From positions 193,542,034 to 193,606,033 of the forward strand of contig NC_058132.1 in NCBI RefSeq assembly GCF_016433145.1: a stretch of DNA of 64,000 bases, given 5' to 3'. The DNA is from Gracilinanus agilis (taxonomy: Eukaryota). Positions 52,070 to 64,000 of this stretch are shown piece by piece (positions within the stretch are counted from its first letter, which is position 1; every line of letters begins with the position of its first letter). The translations under genes and the position numbers were made by a program. The notes below the pieces were generated by a model, which was not told where the DNA came from, made no database searches, and saw nothing but the letters and a program-made list of their open reading frames with translations.

Positions 52070-55000
52070 GTGAGTAGTGGGCAGAAAGAGATTATCCTCC
52101 TGTTGATAGTCACTGTGGGTGGAGAGGGACGCCTCAGCCTGGGCAAGAGGCACCAGCAACTTGGTTGTGTCTTGCAAGGGAAAGCCAGCACACAGACAGG
52201 CTTTTGCTGCCTCCCTCTGCCTGGCACCTCCTGGCTCCTGTGCCCACTTTCATGCCAGCACCTGCTGCTGGACTTACTTTCTGGGAGAAACTCAGAGAAA
52301 ACACTGAGTTGGTGTGCTAGGGCTGAGCTGTCTCCAAAATAGGCAGAGACCAACTATACACATTCTGGTCAGTCCCTCTTTGTTCAGTGCTAGGAAGGAA
52401 AATCCAATTCTGGTTTTTCATTCTTGCTTTTTTTTAAGCCTATTCACTTTCTTCTTCCTCTTCCTCATTTTCTTCCATGTTTCTTCATATTAGGGTGACC
52501 AGGTTTTGAGAAATGTCAAAAATAAACAGGAGTGAGAGGAAGGAGACTATTTGGGTATTCATGAAATAGCAGATATATTCAAAGTAAAGTGTTGTATTTG
52601 GACCCAGGAGAGATCTGGGTTCAAATCATACCTCTGACATTTACTAGTTATGCAGCCATGGAAGGGCAAGACCTTTCACTTCTCTGAAATTGTTTCCTCA
52701 TCTGTAAAATGGCAGTAATATTTCTGTAGAACATGTCTCACCCAGTTTTCTGAGGGAAGTGAGCATATGTTAAAGTGCTTTGCTTTGGAAATCTTAAATC
52801 ACTATATAAATGTCAATTATACTGTTATTTTGTATCATATATATGTCTTTATAGTTCCATGTACAGACACATATCAAATAAATGGACATGGAGAGACCCT
52901 GTTAGAATATGGTGATCATATGTCTCACATTTTCCAAGATAGTTATGATTCTTAGAAAAGAGTGCTTTTTTTTTTTTTTAAACCCTAACCTTCCATCTTA
53001 GAATCAATCCTGCATATTGGTTCCAAGGCAGAAGATTAGTAAGGGCAAGGCAGTGACTTGCCCAGGGTCACACAGTTAGGAAGTCTGAGGTCAGATTTGA
53101 ACCTAGGACTTCCCATCTCTAGGCTTGGCTCTCAGTCTACTGAGCTACCTAACTGCGCCACCCCCTACCTCTCCCCACAAGTGTGCTTTTAATAAGGCTT
53201 TAAAAAAAAAGATTATTCCTTTCATATTTTTTTTATGATCACCATATTCAAGGATCATCATCTTTTCTCTATGGCCCTCTTGGCTGGTCAGTTTCTACCC
53301 TAGTCAAATGGGGGATCTAATGGGGATCCATTAATCTAATGAGTATCTTAGTTTATTAAATGGAGAAGCTATAGCCTTCTTTACTTCCTCTATCCATTTT
53401 CTTACATTATTAAATGAGGCAGTGCTTCCTTTGGTCTAACCTAAATTTATTTTGTCTTTTATCTTCAGTAAGTATAAAGAAAAGTTCCTCACTACCCTCT
53501 GTTAAATAATCCTTCAGATATCCAAAAACACTGTGGGGTTTTTTCATTTGTGAATTTATAGTCAACTGCTGTGATTGGGGTGTGGCTTATTTCTGAGATC
53601 TGGGCATCCCTGTACAATGTCCACATGGGAAAGGTGGTGATATCACCATTTGGACTGCTGATATCACGTGGCCTGGTCCTGTATAATCTAAGATTGACTT
53701 CCTTACCTTAACCCAAAGGCAGATTAACTGGAATATCAGAAATCACTTTAAATTCTAAAATTCTGGCATCTATAATTTGGTGGACTGTGGTATGTGTGAC
53801 AGAGCAGAGATGAATATGCTTGAGAGCTGCTAGAACAAGGTTAGGGGTGAGAGTTCTGGAGTTGGGAATAAGAGGGAAGGGGCAGAAGGAGAAATAAGGG
53901 AATGGAATGAGATATGACTTTAAGAGTTTCCATTCTTCATGTCCACCTTGGTTAGTAGATAAAGACCTAGGGCCCTCCCAATTTAGCAATCTCAAAATGT
54001 GTTGAAAATCTCCTGATTTCTAAAGCAGGGAAAACAATATGACTTGGAAGCCTGACTTAGAACTTTTTTCTTTTTCTTTTTCATTTTTTTCATTTTTAAA
54101 GGAATAAAAAAAATCTTTGAGTGCTAGTCAACCAGATGTGGATGGCTCTGACTAGTTTAGGATTTCAGCTGCCAAAATAAAAATCTATGATAACCTCTGA
54201 AGATCTTAGACCAGTTTTCTTAGGTCCAGTGGTACTTGGGACCAAGTAGACAGAAGGACTCCATCAGGGACCCCAGGGATCCAGAAGGGAGTTATAAGAG
54301 GAAGGTCTGTTGTCCTGCATGTATATAGCTGCTGAGTCAAGAAGTCACATCTGATCCTCCCAGCCCTATGAACAGAAAGTCTCTGGAGAGAATGGAAAAG
54401 GTTAAATATTTCTGGCTTTCTCTGTTAATTAAAAACAAGGGCAGGGAAGAAGTAGGAAGATCACCTTTTAGGGAAGAGGCTAAAGTAAATTCCAACCCAC
54501 CCAGTCCTGGGTGTGACAGTCTCAATTTAATATTCACAGTAGAAGATCAGAAAAAAAAACATCTCTCCCCCCCACCCCCCATCAAAGGCACAGAGGGTCC
54601 CTGAATTCAGGGACATTCTACTCAGGATGACAGCTCTCCTTCCTGGCTGCTGGGATTAGTCAGCCAGACAATCCCAGAATAGCTCTGAGTTGGGCTGCAT
54701 TCCTGGCAGGTAGTGAGTGGCCTGATTGCCCCAGACTGTATTTTGGGCTCAATTATGTCAGTTGTACCAAACAACCTTCCAGAAAATTCTGTTTGGGGTG
54801 TATCCTGCACTTCACAATGCTAACTGACTTGCCTGCCTTTGGGACAGCCAGTCCTTGTTAGAGAGTGGGACACTCTCTAAATGTGGGGAATGAGAGATGT
54901 CTCATCTGAGAGATGAACACAGAGGCTATGTCTCTGGCCATGGAACTGGCTGGAAGCCCTGGAAGTACATCTCTTTTTTGTGTGAAAAGCCTGTTCATCC

Positions 55001-55329
55001 AGAGGGTGCTACAGATTCTTCCCTAGTCAGCCCAGTTCTGATGATGGCTGCCAGACTCTGAGCAACAGGCTGAAAACTCCTAATGGGAAACACTGAATCT
55101 ACCTTGGGAAGAAAAGATCTAACAGGGTAGAAAAAGTACCAGACCCAATGCACAAAGAGACTGACTTGTGCCCTCCTCCAATGGCAAGAACGACTTTGAG
55201 CTCGCCTGCGACAGAAGTTGTCATGGAGGTAATGAAAAACCAGTGCATTGGAGGGCATTTGCCCATTCTTGCCAACAAGGGGCCTTTCAGGGAACATGAG
55301 CCTAAGGGATTCATAGATTAAAGGAATAT

Positions 55330-55605
55330 CTGTAGTTTATCTGGATTTGACCAAGGTGGCATTTGATTCATGATAGCCTGGGCTGACTGATAGGTGGATT
55401 CAAAACTAGTTGAATGAACAAATTTAGGGTATTGATTCATAGACTGGTAACAACCTGGAGAGATGCCTCTAAGGAACAGCACTGAATTCTATTCCATTCG
55501 TATTCAACATTTTTATCAACCATCTGGATGAAGTCAAAAGTGGTGTGCAGACCGTATCTGTAGATGATACAAGATTGCAGAGATAGTCAGTCAATACATA
55601 AAATG
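55330..55605 (+). mobile_element. L3/CR1 RT remnant
   Basis: VVYLDL..AFD, FNIFIN.LD and VDDTRL-like motifs; further L3 pieces ~60600-60829 and ~61930-62190. Confidence 0.65.
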
Positions 55606-56008
55606 ATAGGCAGCTATGTGATACCGTGACCAGAGCCCTGGACCTGGAGTCAGGAAGACTTGAGTTCAAATCTGAACTTAGATGTTAACAGTACCATGTT
55701 GGGCAGGTCATTTAACCCCAGGTTGGTTGTTGTAAGGATCAAATGAATTAATTTTTTAAATTCATTTTTAAACCCTAATATCTTTATATATCCTTCTATA
55801 TTAATTTTATTTGTTACAGGGCTAGGCAATGGGGGTCAAGTGACTTGCCCAGGGTCACACAGCTAGGAAGTGTCTGAGGCCAGATTTGAACCTAGGACCT
55901 CTCATCTCTAGGCCTGGCTCTCAATCCACTGAGCCATCCAGCTGCCCCAAGTGAATTAATATTTGTAAAGCACTTAACACAGAGCCCGACACACAGTAGG
56001 CCCTATAT

Positions 56009-56167
56009 CAGTGATGGTGAACCTTTTAGAGACTAGAGTCCAAACTGCAACCCTCACACCACATGTGGCTGCTGGGCAGAGGGGCAAGTGATGAGAGAAA
56101 TGTCTTCAGGTACCCATGAAGAGGGGGAGGAGAGCAGCTCCCTCTGACACTAGGTCTACCAACACAG
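56009..56167. mobile_element. hAT MITE, CAGTGATGGTGAACCT TIR, inserted in a SINE tail
   Basis: perfect 8-bp TSD CCCTATAT. Confidence 0.85.
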
Positions 56168-57694
56168 CCCTATATAATGTTAGATATCATCATCATTATC
56201 TTTAATAGAATTAAGATACAGTTAATCAACAAGTATTTATTAAGCCAAGCACTAGAGATTCAAGGAAAAATCAAAAGAAAAAACTCCCTAATTTCAGGGA
56301 ATTTATGGTCTCATGGGGGAGACAATAAATACATAAATTAATACATACAAGATAAACACACAGTGGATAGAAAGTAGCATTAGAAGATGAGGTACTAGCA
56401 GTGGGGGTGGGGTGAGGGGGGAATTGGGGGAGGGACTAGGGGAAGCCTCCTGAAGGAGGTTGTGCTTGAGCCAAGTTTTAAGGAAGCAATGGATTCTAAG
56501 AGCCAGAGTTTCAGTGAGAAAGCATTGCAGGCACAGGGGCAGCCAATACAAAGGCAAAGAGATTGGGGAGAGAGAGCAGCCCATTTGAGGGACAGCAAGT
56601 AGACTGGTGTGGCTGAACTCTAGAGTTCTTGGAATGTTAAAAGTCTGGAAAGATGGGAAGGAGCCAGGTTGTGAAGGACTTTTAAAGCCATTCAGAGGAG
56701 CTTGTAGTTAATCCTAGAGGTAATAGGGAACCACTGAAGTTTTTTGAGTAAGGGAGTGACAGTCAGATTTGTCTTTAGGAATATCAGTAGTAGCTGTGTG
56801 GAGAGAAGATTCATTCACCAGATCAATGAGGAGGCTAGTGTAATAGCCCAGGTGAAAGGTAATGAGGATCCATGCTAGGGTGCTGGTTGTGAGAATATTG
56901 AGAGGGGAACAGACAGAGAGAAGTGGAGTTGGAATCAACAAGATTTGGCAACTGATTGTAAAAGTTAGTGAAAGTAAGGAGGCAAAGAGGACCCTGAAGT
57001 TGCTCAGCTCTGTGACTTTTGGTGTGCTGTTGACAGTTATAAGCAAGTCAGAGAGAAGAATGGGCTTTTGGAGGAAAGATAATGAGTTCTATTTTAGATA
57101 GGTTGAATTTGAGATTACCTCAGAATGTCCATTTTAAAAGGTACAAACAGCAGTTGGTTAAAAAGGATTGGAACTCAGGACAGAAGCTAGATTGAAGAGA
57201 CAGAGATAGGAAATAGCTGTATTAGAAGAGAACTGAACCCAATAGAGCTGAGGTGATAGACAAGTGAAGGTATACAGAAAGAACAGAGAAGAGTCCAGCA
57301 CAGAGCCTTAGAAAAAAGATTAGAGTTAGTAGGCATGACATGGATGAAAATTCAGCCAAGTAGACTGAGAATGAGTGGTCAGAGAGAACCAAGAAAGAGC
57401 AGTGCCATAACTGCAGAGAGGAGGCAGAATACAGGAAGAGAAGGGTAGCCAATAGTGTCAAATGCCACAAGAGGTAAGAAGGATGAGAATTAAGAAAATA
57501 TTTAATTTAGCAATTACTGGTAACTTGGAAAGTGCAATTGCAGGTGAATGGAGGTTGGAAGATAGACTGTAAAGAGTTTAGAAGAGATTGAAGAGGAAAT
57601 AGAGGGATTTCCTGCTTTTTCAGGGAATTTAACTGAGAAGGGGAGGAGAGATATTATGGCTAGAGAGGATAAGAGTAGGGTCAAGAGAAAGAGG

Positions 57695-58365
57695 TTTTTT
57701 TTTTTTCTTTTTTTAAGATATTTTATTTAATCAATTATGTGTAATAGTAATTTAAAAAATTTTTTATTTAGAATATTTTTTCATGGTTATGTAATTCACG
57801 ATCCCTCACCCTGCTTTCTCCTCCCCCCTCCCAAAGCCAACAAGCAGTTCCACTGGGTTATAAATGTATCATTGTTCAAAACCTATTTCCATGTTATTTA
57901 TATTTGCAGTAGAGTCATCTTTTAACATCAAAACCCTAATCACATCCCTATCGAATTACATAGTCGATCATATATTTTTCTAATGCATTTTTGGTTCCAT
58001 AGTTCTTTCTTTGGATGTGGATAGCATTCTTTCTCCTAAGTTCCTCTGGATTGTCCTGGATCATTGCATTGCTACTGGTAGAAAAGTCTATTACATTCGA
58101 TTGTGCCATAATATGTCAGTCTCTGTGTGCAATGGTCTCCTGGTTCTGCTCCTTTTGCTCTGCATCAATTCCTGGAGGTTGTTCCAGTTCACATGGAATT
58201 CCTCCATTTCTTTATTCCTTTTGGCACCCTAATATTCCCATCATCAACCTATACCACAATTTATTCAGCCATTCCCCAGTTGATGGACACCCCACATTTT
58301 CCAATTTTTTGCTACCACAACGAGCGCAGTTATGAATATTGTTATACAGGTCTTTTTCCTTAATA
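57695..58365 (-). mobile_element. L1 3' end (ORF2 tail + 3'UTR), antisense in C11orf52 intron 1
   Basis: poly-T at left; reverse complement of the L1 at 9141-9584. Confidence 0.88.
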
Positions 58366-60829
58366 ATAATTTTCCACATAAATTTTCTGAATTATAAAAT
58401 CCAAATTGTCTCCCTTCCTCCATCTCCTTCCTCTTTCCCAGAGATGGTAAGCAATTTGATTTGAGTTACATACGTATTATCATTTGAAACATATTTCCAT
58501 ATTGTTCATTGTTGTAAAAGAAAAGTTGATTTTTTTTCTAAAGATGAAGATAGTCTAATTCTATTTGGAGGCGCCAAAGAGGGAACAAATGGATATGGAG
58601 AGAGAGCTTGAATATTACAGTGAAAAATGGGGATGATTGTGGGAATAGTCTTATGGAGAAAATAGGAAGGGATGAGATTTAGGATACATGTAGAAGGGGT
58701 GGCCTTGCTAAGGAGAAGATCATATCTTCATCAAAAACTGAAGTAAAGGAGGGAAAAGTGGGGAAATGTTAAGAAGTATGAAGGTGAGGTTCAGCTGAGA
58801 GGATGGAGAGAGGGGATGCAATGGAAGAAGAGAACAGAAGATAGATGCTGTGATGAGTGGGATAGACAACAAATTAGGAATGAATAAAAGAATTTCTAGG
58901 GTAGCTAGGTGGTGAAATAGATAAAGTACCTGGCCTGGAATCAGGAAGACCCATTTTCTTGAATTCAAATTTGGCCTCAGACCCTAGCTATGTGATCTTG
59001 GGCAAGTCATTTAACCCTGTTTACCTTAGTTTCCTCGACTGGAAAATGAGCTGGAGAAGGAAAATGGCAAACCACTCCTATATCTTTGCCAAGGAAACAC
59101 CAAATGGGGTCATGAAGAGTTGAACATGACTGAAGCAACTGAGTAAGAATGGAAGGAACAAATTTGTGGTGTATATATAATCAATTTGATTTCATGGCTT
59201 CTTCTAATTCTGTAGCACGTGAATAGGAACAAAGGAACCAGTTGGTGAGAGTAATCCAATGTTGGGGTCTGGCAAGATGGGAGAGGTGAAAAGAAAAAGA
59301 AGCAAGGAATTTTAGTAAAAAGGATAGTGAGGAGCTGGACTGGGGGTCAAGACTGGGAAGGGAAGAGAGTCTAGTCAGAGCATGAATGATGGCCTAGGAA
59401 AATAATAACAGCCACTGGCATAAATAAGGTGTGTAGAGTGCTTTACATATTACCTCATTTGATCTTCCTGACAACTCTGTGAGATAGGTGTTATTATTAT
59501 CCCCTTTTCTAGAGGAGAAAACTGAGGTCAGAATTTAAGTGACTTGCCTAGGGTTACACTGCTGGTATGTGTTTGAGGCAGAGCTCCCTAACTCTAAGTC
59601 TGATGCTTTATCCACTTTGCCATCTACCTGTATTGAGGGAAGGAGAGCTTGGAGGTCATGAGGAGGACAAAGAATAGGGTTAGAAATAACAGGGAGAGAT
59701 GGAAAGATAAAGTATAATGATAGGATACAGAAATTCCACAGTTCTTGATCACTGGAATAGAAAACTTGTGGGTGATGGGCCTGATCAAGAGAATATTAAG
59801 AGCCATTTCTGTGTGGAGCTGAGCTATGGAAGAGAGGAGTAAGTCAAGGGGGTTGAATTGATTGAGAGAACACCAAGCCAGAGGTGGAAGTTCCTTATAA
59901 GAGCAGGAACTAGATAAAAGAGGAAGACTGTGATTAAAGCACATTAAGAAAATATGGGAGGGGGCAACTAAGTGAATCAGTGGATTAAGAACCAGGCCTA
60001 GAGATAGGAGGTCCTGGGTTCAAATTTGGCCTCAGATACTTTCAACTTTGTGATCCTCAGCAAGTCACTTTATCTACACTGCCTAGCCTTTAGAGCTCTT
60101 TTGCCTTGGAACCAATACACAGTCTTGATTCTAAGACAGAAGGTAAGGGTTTAAAAAGAAAAAAATCCGGGGGATGTCCTGAGGGTCCGTAGACAATAAT
60201 AATGATAGTAAGACTAAACATATTAAAATAACAATCACTCCAGGTTCTGGATTAGGTGATATACCTGAGAGGGAACCTTGAAAAGGAGGTTACTGAGTAA
60301 AGGAAGGAGGCAGCTAGATTACTTAGTGGATAGAACTCTGGGCCTGGAGTCAGGAAGACTTGAGTTAACTCCTACCTCATTAAACTTATTAGTTATATGG
60401 ACCCCAGGCAAGTCACTTAACTTCTGTTTACCTTTATCTACTGGAGAAGGAAATGGAAAACCACTCCAGTGTCTTTGCCAACAAAACTCTGTAGACTGTA
60501 CTGGTGAGCTGTGATCCAAAGGGTTTCACAGGAGAGTTGGACACAACTGTGTAACAACAGCAGAGTAAAGGAAATAGAGGCAAAGGTGAGAAGTGTCCCA
60601 GGAGAGCAAGGAATGTTCTGAGATCTAGAGAGCAGTTCTCTAGAGACTGGAATAATGGGCAGAATTTGATAAGATGAACTTCGGCAAGTATAAATGTAAA
60701 ATTCTACAGTTAGGCTTAAAAAAAATAAAAAGCTGCCAAAATACAGGATGAAGATGTGGTTAAACAGCAGTACAGGCAAAAGATCTAGGGGTTTTAAGTG
60801 ACTGTAAACTAATGCTAAAAAAAAGTATT

Positions 60830-60992
60830 GGGGGCAGCTGGGTGGCTCATTGGATTGAGATCCAGGCCCAGAGATGGGAGGCCCTGGGTTCAAATCTGGC
60901 CTCAGATACTTCCCAGCTGTGTGGCCCTGGGCAAGTCACTTGACCCCCATTGCCTACCCTTACCACTCTTCTGACGGAAGGTAAGGGTTTTA
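60830..60992 (+). mobile_element. SINE1-type copy nested in L3
   Basis: TSD AAAAAAAAGTATT. Confidence 0.85.
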
Positions 60993-63152
60993 AAAAAAAA
61001 GTATTAATACCAATAATGTGGTTTTTATTTAAGCTCATCAGCAAGAAATAATTTTATTTAACATTAATCCATAACCAGGCAGCTAGATAGCACAGTGGAT
61101 AGAGCACTGGACTTGGAATCTCAAGGACTAAATTTAAATCTGGTCTCAGACACAACTGTATGACTATGGATAAGTCACTTAACCCCTACTAGCTTCAGTT
61201 CCTCATCTGGAAAATGAGCTAGAGAAGGAAATGGCAAGCCACTCCAGTATCTTTGCCAAGAAAGTCTCAAATGCGGTCACAAAGAAGCAGACATGACTAA
61301 AAAATAACTAGAGAACAACAAAATCTATATCCAAGCCATTTCTAGCTTGGAGAAAGATATGTCCAAACTGACATAGACCCCCAGGCCCTGTGACATGATT
61401 CTCTGCTCTAAAAAGATTTGAGGTAATATTTATAGGAAATTTATACAAACAAAATATCATAATATGTTAAAATATAGTCACATTCTAGTTCCTTTCTGGA
61501 CCACTCCCTAAGGACTAAAAAGAGTTCTTTTTTGCAATCTATATCTTAACCTTATATGCAAAAGAAGACATTTATCTTAGGTGGGTCTTGGCACCACCCA
61601 CTTCAGGTAGGTGGGTATCTTAGAGACTAGAATTAAGTTTGGTTATCATCATTAGTCCCTTTCTCTAAGAAAGATCAGAGGCCAAGAAACAATCACTGCG
61701 TCTTTAGCTTTAGTTCTATCTCCTTTCCTAAAAGGAAACATTTGGAAAGGGTTTGAGGCTGAAGAAATATGATTTCTTAATATTTCTAGAGAAACTAAAA
61801 GAAGATTTTTAATATTAAAATGTTTTCACACTAAATATGAGTCGACCACAGAGTACCCCAAAACCTAAACTTCATTAATAGAGGCCTAGAATAAGGGAAA
61901 TGATTATCCTACTGTGCTATAATCAGATCACGCCCCTCGTATTGTGTTCAGTTTTGGGTGACATATTTTAGGAAGGACATTGACAAACTGAAGCATACCT
62001 TGGAAGAGTTATGATTGGGAAAGTTAGTAGACTTGAAATCATATCAAAAGAAGTTCACTTGAAGGAACTTGGGATGTTTATCTTCAAGAAGAAAAGACTC
62101 AGGTCTTTGAAATTGCCTTCAATAATCCAAAATACTATATAATGAAAAAGAGATTAATTTCCTCTGCTTGGCCCCAGAGGGAAAAAAGTCACATTTCCGT
62201 TTGCAGTAAGGATTATTAATCAATCAATAAATAAACATTTATTAAGTGCCTACTATGTGCCAGCAATGCTAGGGATACAAAAAGAGGCAAAAGACAGTCT
62301 CAAGGTGCTTACAATCTAATAGAGGAGACATGAAAACAAATACATACAAAACAAGCTATTAGGTGGTACAGTCGATAGAGTACCAGACATGGGGTCAGGA
62401 AGACCTTCGTTAAAAAATCTGGTTTCAGACACTTATAAGCTGGACAAGTCACTTAACCCTATTTTCCTCAGTTTTCTCATCTGTAAAATGAGCTGAAGAA
62501 GGAAATGGCAAGCTGCTCTAGTATCTGCCAAGAAAACATCAGATGGAGTTAGAAAGAAGTCAGACAGGACTGAAACAACTGAACAACAACAAAAACTGAG
62601 GGAAGTAATTAGAATCAGGTGGGGTTGAAGAAGGCTTCCTATAGAAGGTGGTTTTGTTATTATTATTATCATACTGAAATGTTATTCTGATAACCACTTC
62701 ATGGTGTGAAGTACCCCTAGATTCTCAAAGGCAATGTTAGCCCTCTGTTCTGCATGTCAGTGAAATGATTTATCTTTTGATGTAGTGAAGGATGATGATG
62801 AAGAAGAAGAATATTTATCATCAACTAGGAGCAGTATGGCACAGTGAATAGAAAATTGGTCTCAAAGTTCAGATCTGGGTTCAAGTGCTGCCTCTCCCAT
62901 TCATCCAGCCTGTGTGCTGAAGGCAAGATACTTCTTTGCTCTAGAAGTTGAAGAAAAGTTGTCAACTTGAAGAAAAAGTCCCCTCATTCAGAAGTTTCCT
63001 ATACCAAAAGAATCAAAGATCTAGTCTCTATCCCTATCACTACTGCAGTGCATATGTGTATATGTGAATGGAAGGTGGGTGGAGGAGGAGGAGTATGAGA
63101 GAAGTTATAAAGGGAATGTTGCACACTTAGTAACATGTGTCTTCCATCACAG

Positions 63153-63190
63153 GAACTGTCCATCATCCTTCCACAAGAAAAAGAAAAGAG
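63153..63190 (+). CDS. C11orf52: C11orf52 exon 2
   Basis: (W)NCPSSFHKKKKR; CATCACAG acceptor, AG|GTAACT donor; 38 nt. Confidence 0.92.
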
Positions 63191-63477
63191 GTAACTTGGG
63201 AAGTGGGAAAGGGTGCTCTAAGACCAGGGGAATATGGGCATAGAGAAAAAGGATAGAGGAAAAATAATATTTGGAGAGGACATGGGGTTAAATAGAACAG
63301 CAGAATAGAAAGCTTTGGAAACAACATGGAGGAATAGTTTAATTAAGAAAATCTGTAGAGCTAAGACCACTCCTCACAGCTCCTAACTTTGTTCCCCACC
63401 CTCTTAGGATATAGTATTAGGGACTGATTTCTCAGTCAGGAATTTAGTTGTTAACCATTTGGGTCCCTTTCCTTCAG

Positions 63478-63521
63478 GGAGCAAAGCAAGAGGAAGAACA
63501 GAAAAGCAGAAGAGCACAAAG
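63478..63521 (+). CDS. C11orf52: C11orf52 exon 3
   Basis: (G)SKARGRTEKQKSTK; CCTTCAG acceptor, AAG|GTAAAG donor; phases 1-0 close the frame. Confidence 0.82.
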
Positions 63522-63750
63522 GTAAAGTAATCATGTTTTCCTGTCCCAGTTCCAACACTTGAGAAAAGGATTCTGACAATCATTGGAAATGAAAGATCTT
63601 TCCACTTGGGAAAGAAAGAGCTCCAGATTTGTTAGAGCTTACTGGTTCAGTTCCTACAGAGGCAGAATAAAAGATCAGTTTAACTGTTACTTTTGGGGGT
63701 AAGGTTCAAAGCCAAAACTCAATCCCCTCAATCATTCCCATTCTCTGCAG

Positions 63751-63999
63751 GGCCAGGAGACAATGGGACATACCTATGAGCTGGTGTCGGAATTGCCCAG
63801 GTCTGGAGAGGGGAATCGAGGCCCTCAGTCAGAGGACAGCAGCTTGCATTATGCAGACATCCAAGTGTGCAGCCGTACCCAGCCAAGATCTGCCCAGGAG
63901 GTGAAGCACCTACAAATAGAGAATGCCACTGAATATGCGACCATTAGATTTCCCCAGGCCACACCCCACTATGACAGCAAAAATGGCACCCTTGTGTAA
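63751..63999 (+). CDS. C11orf52: C11orf52 exon 4 (last)
   Basis: GHTYE..SEDSSLHYADIQVCSR..ENATEYATIRFPQATPHYDSKNGTLV*; total 120 aa. Confidence 0.95.
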   Translation, partial: GQETMGHTYELVSELPRSGEGNRGPQSEDSSLHYADIQVCSRTQPRSAQEVKHLQIENATEYATIRFPQATPHYDSKNGTLV

Positions 64000-64000
64000 G

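Noticed and set aside
54995-55320. Coding-looking stretch in C11orf52 intron 1 (possible pseudogene)
   Set aside because: Stops in all frames, no recognisable parent gene, and it abuts an L3 remnant.

Overview
Mammalian genomic DNA from a didelphid marsupial, most likely opossum (Monodelphis-type SINE1/L1/RTE repeats), syntenic with human 11q23.1. Gene order: ALG9 exon 1 (-, rest of the gene lies left of the window), FDXACB1 (-, 5 exons, 625 aa), CFAP68/C11orf1 (+, head-to-head with FDXACB1), a ~26 kb repeat-dominated interval, CRYAB (-, 174 aa), HSPB2 (+, 182 aa, head-to-head with CRYAB) and C11orf52 (+, 4 exons, 120 aa, stop at 63999). Exons were defined by hand from GT/AG sites with phases that close correctly. 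There is no prokaryote-style novel system here. The best leads are: the uncharacterised Bmt5-like methyltransferase/anticodon-binding fusion FDXACB1; C11orf52 as a lipid-anchored ITIM+ITSM+PDZ adaptor; apparent turnover of muscle E-boxes in the CRYAB/HSPB2 intergenic region; a tail-less internal L1 fragment with a perfect 16-bp TSD; and hAT MITEs young enough to sit inside marsupial SINEs. Orthologue and repeat-family comparisons come from memory and need alignment or Dfam confirmation.
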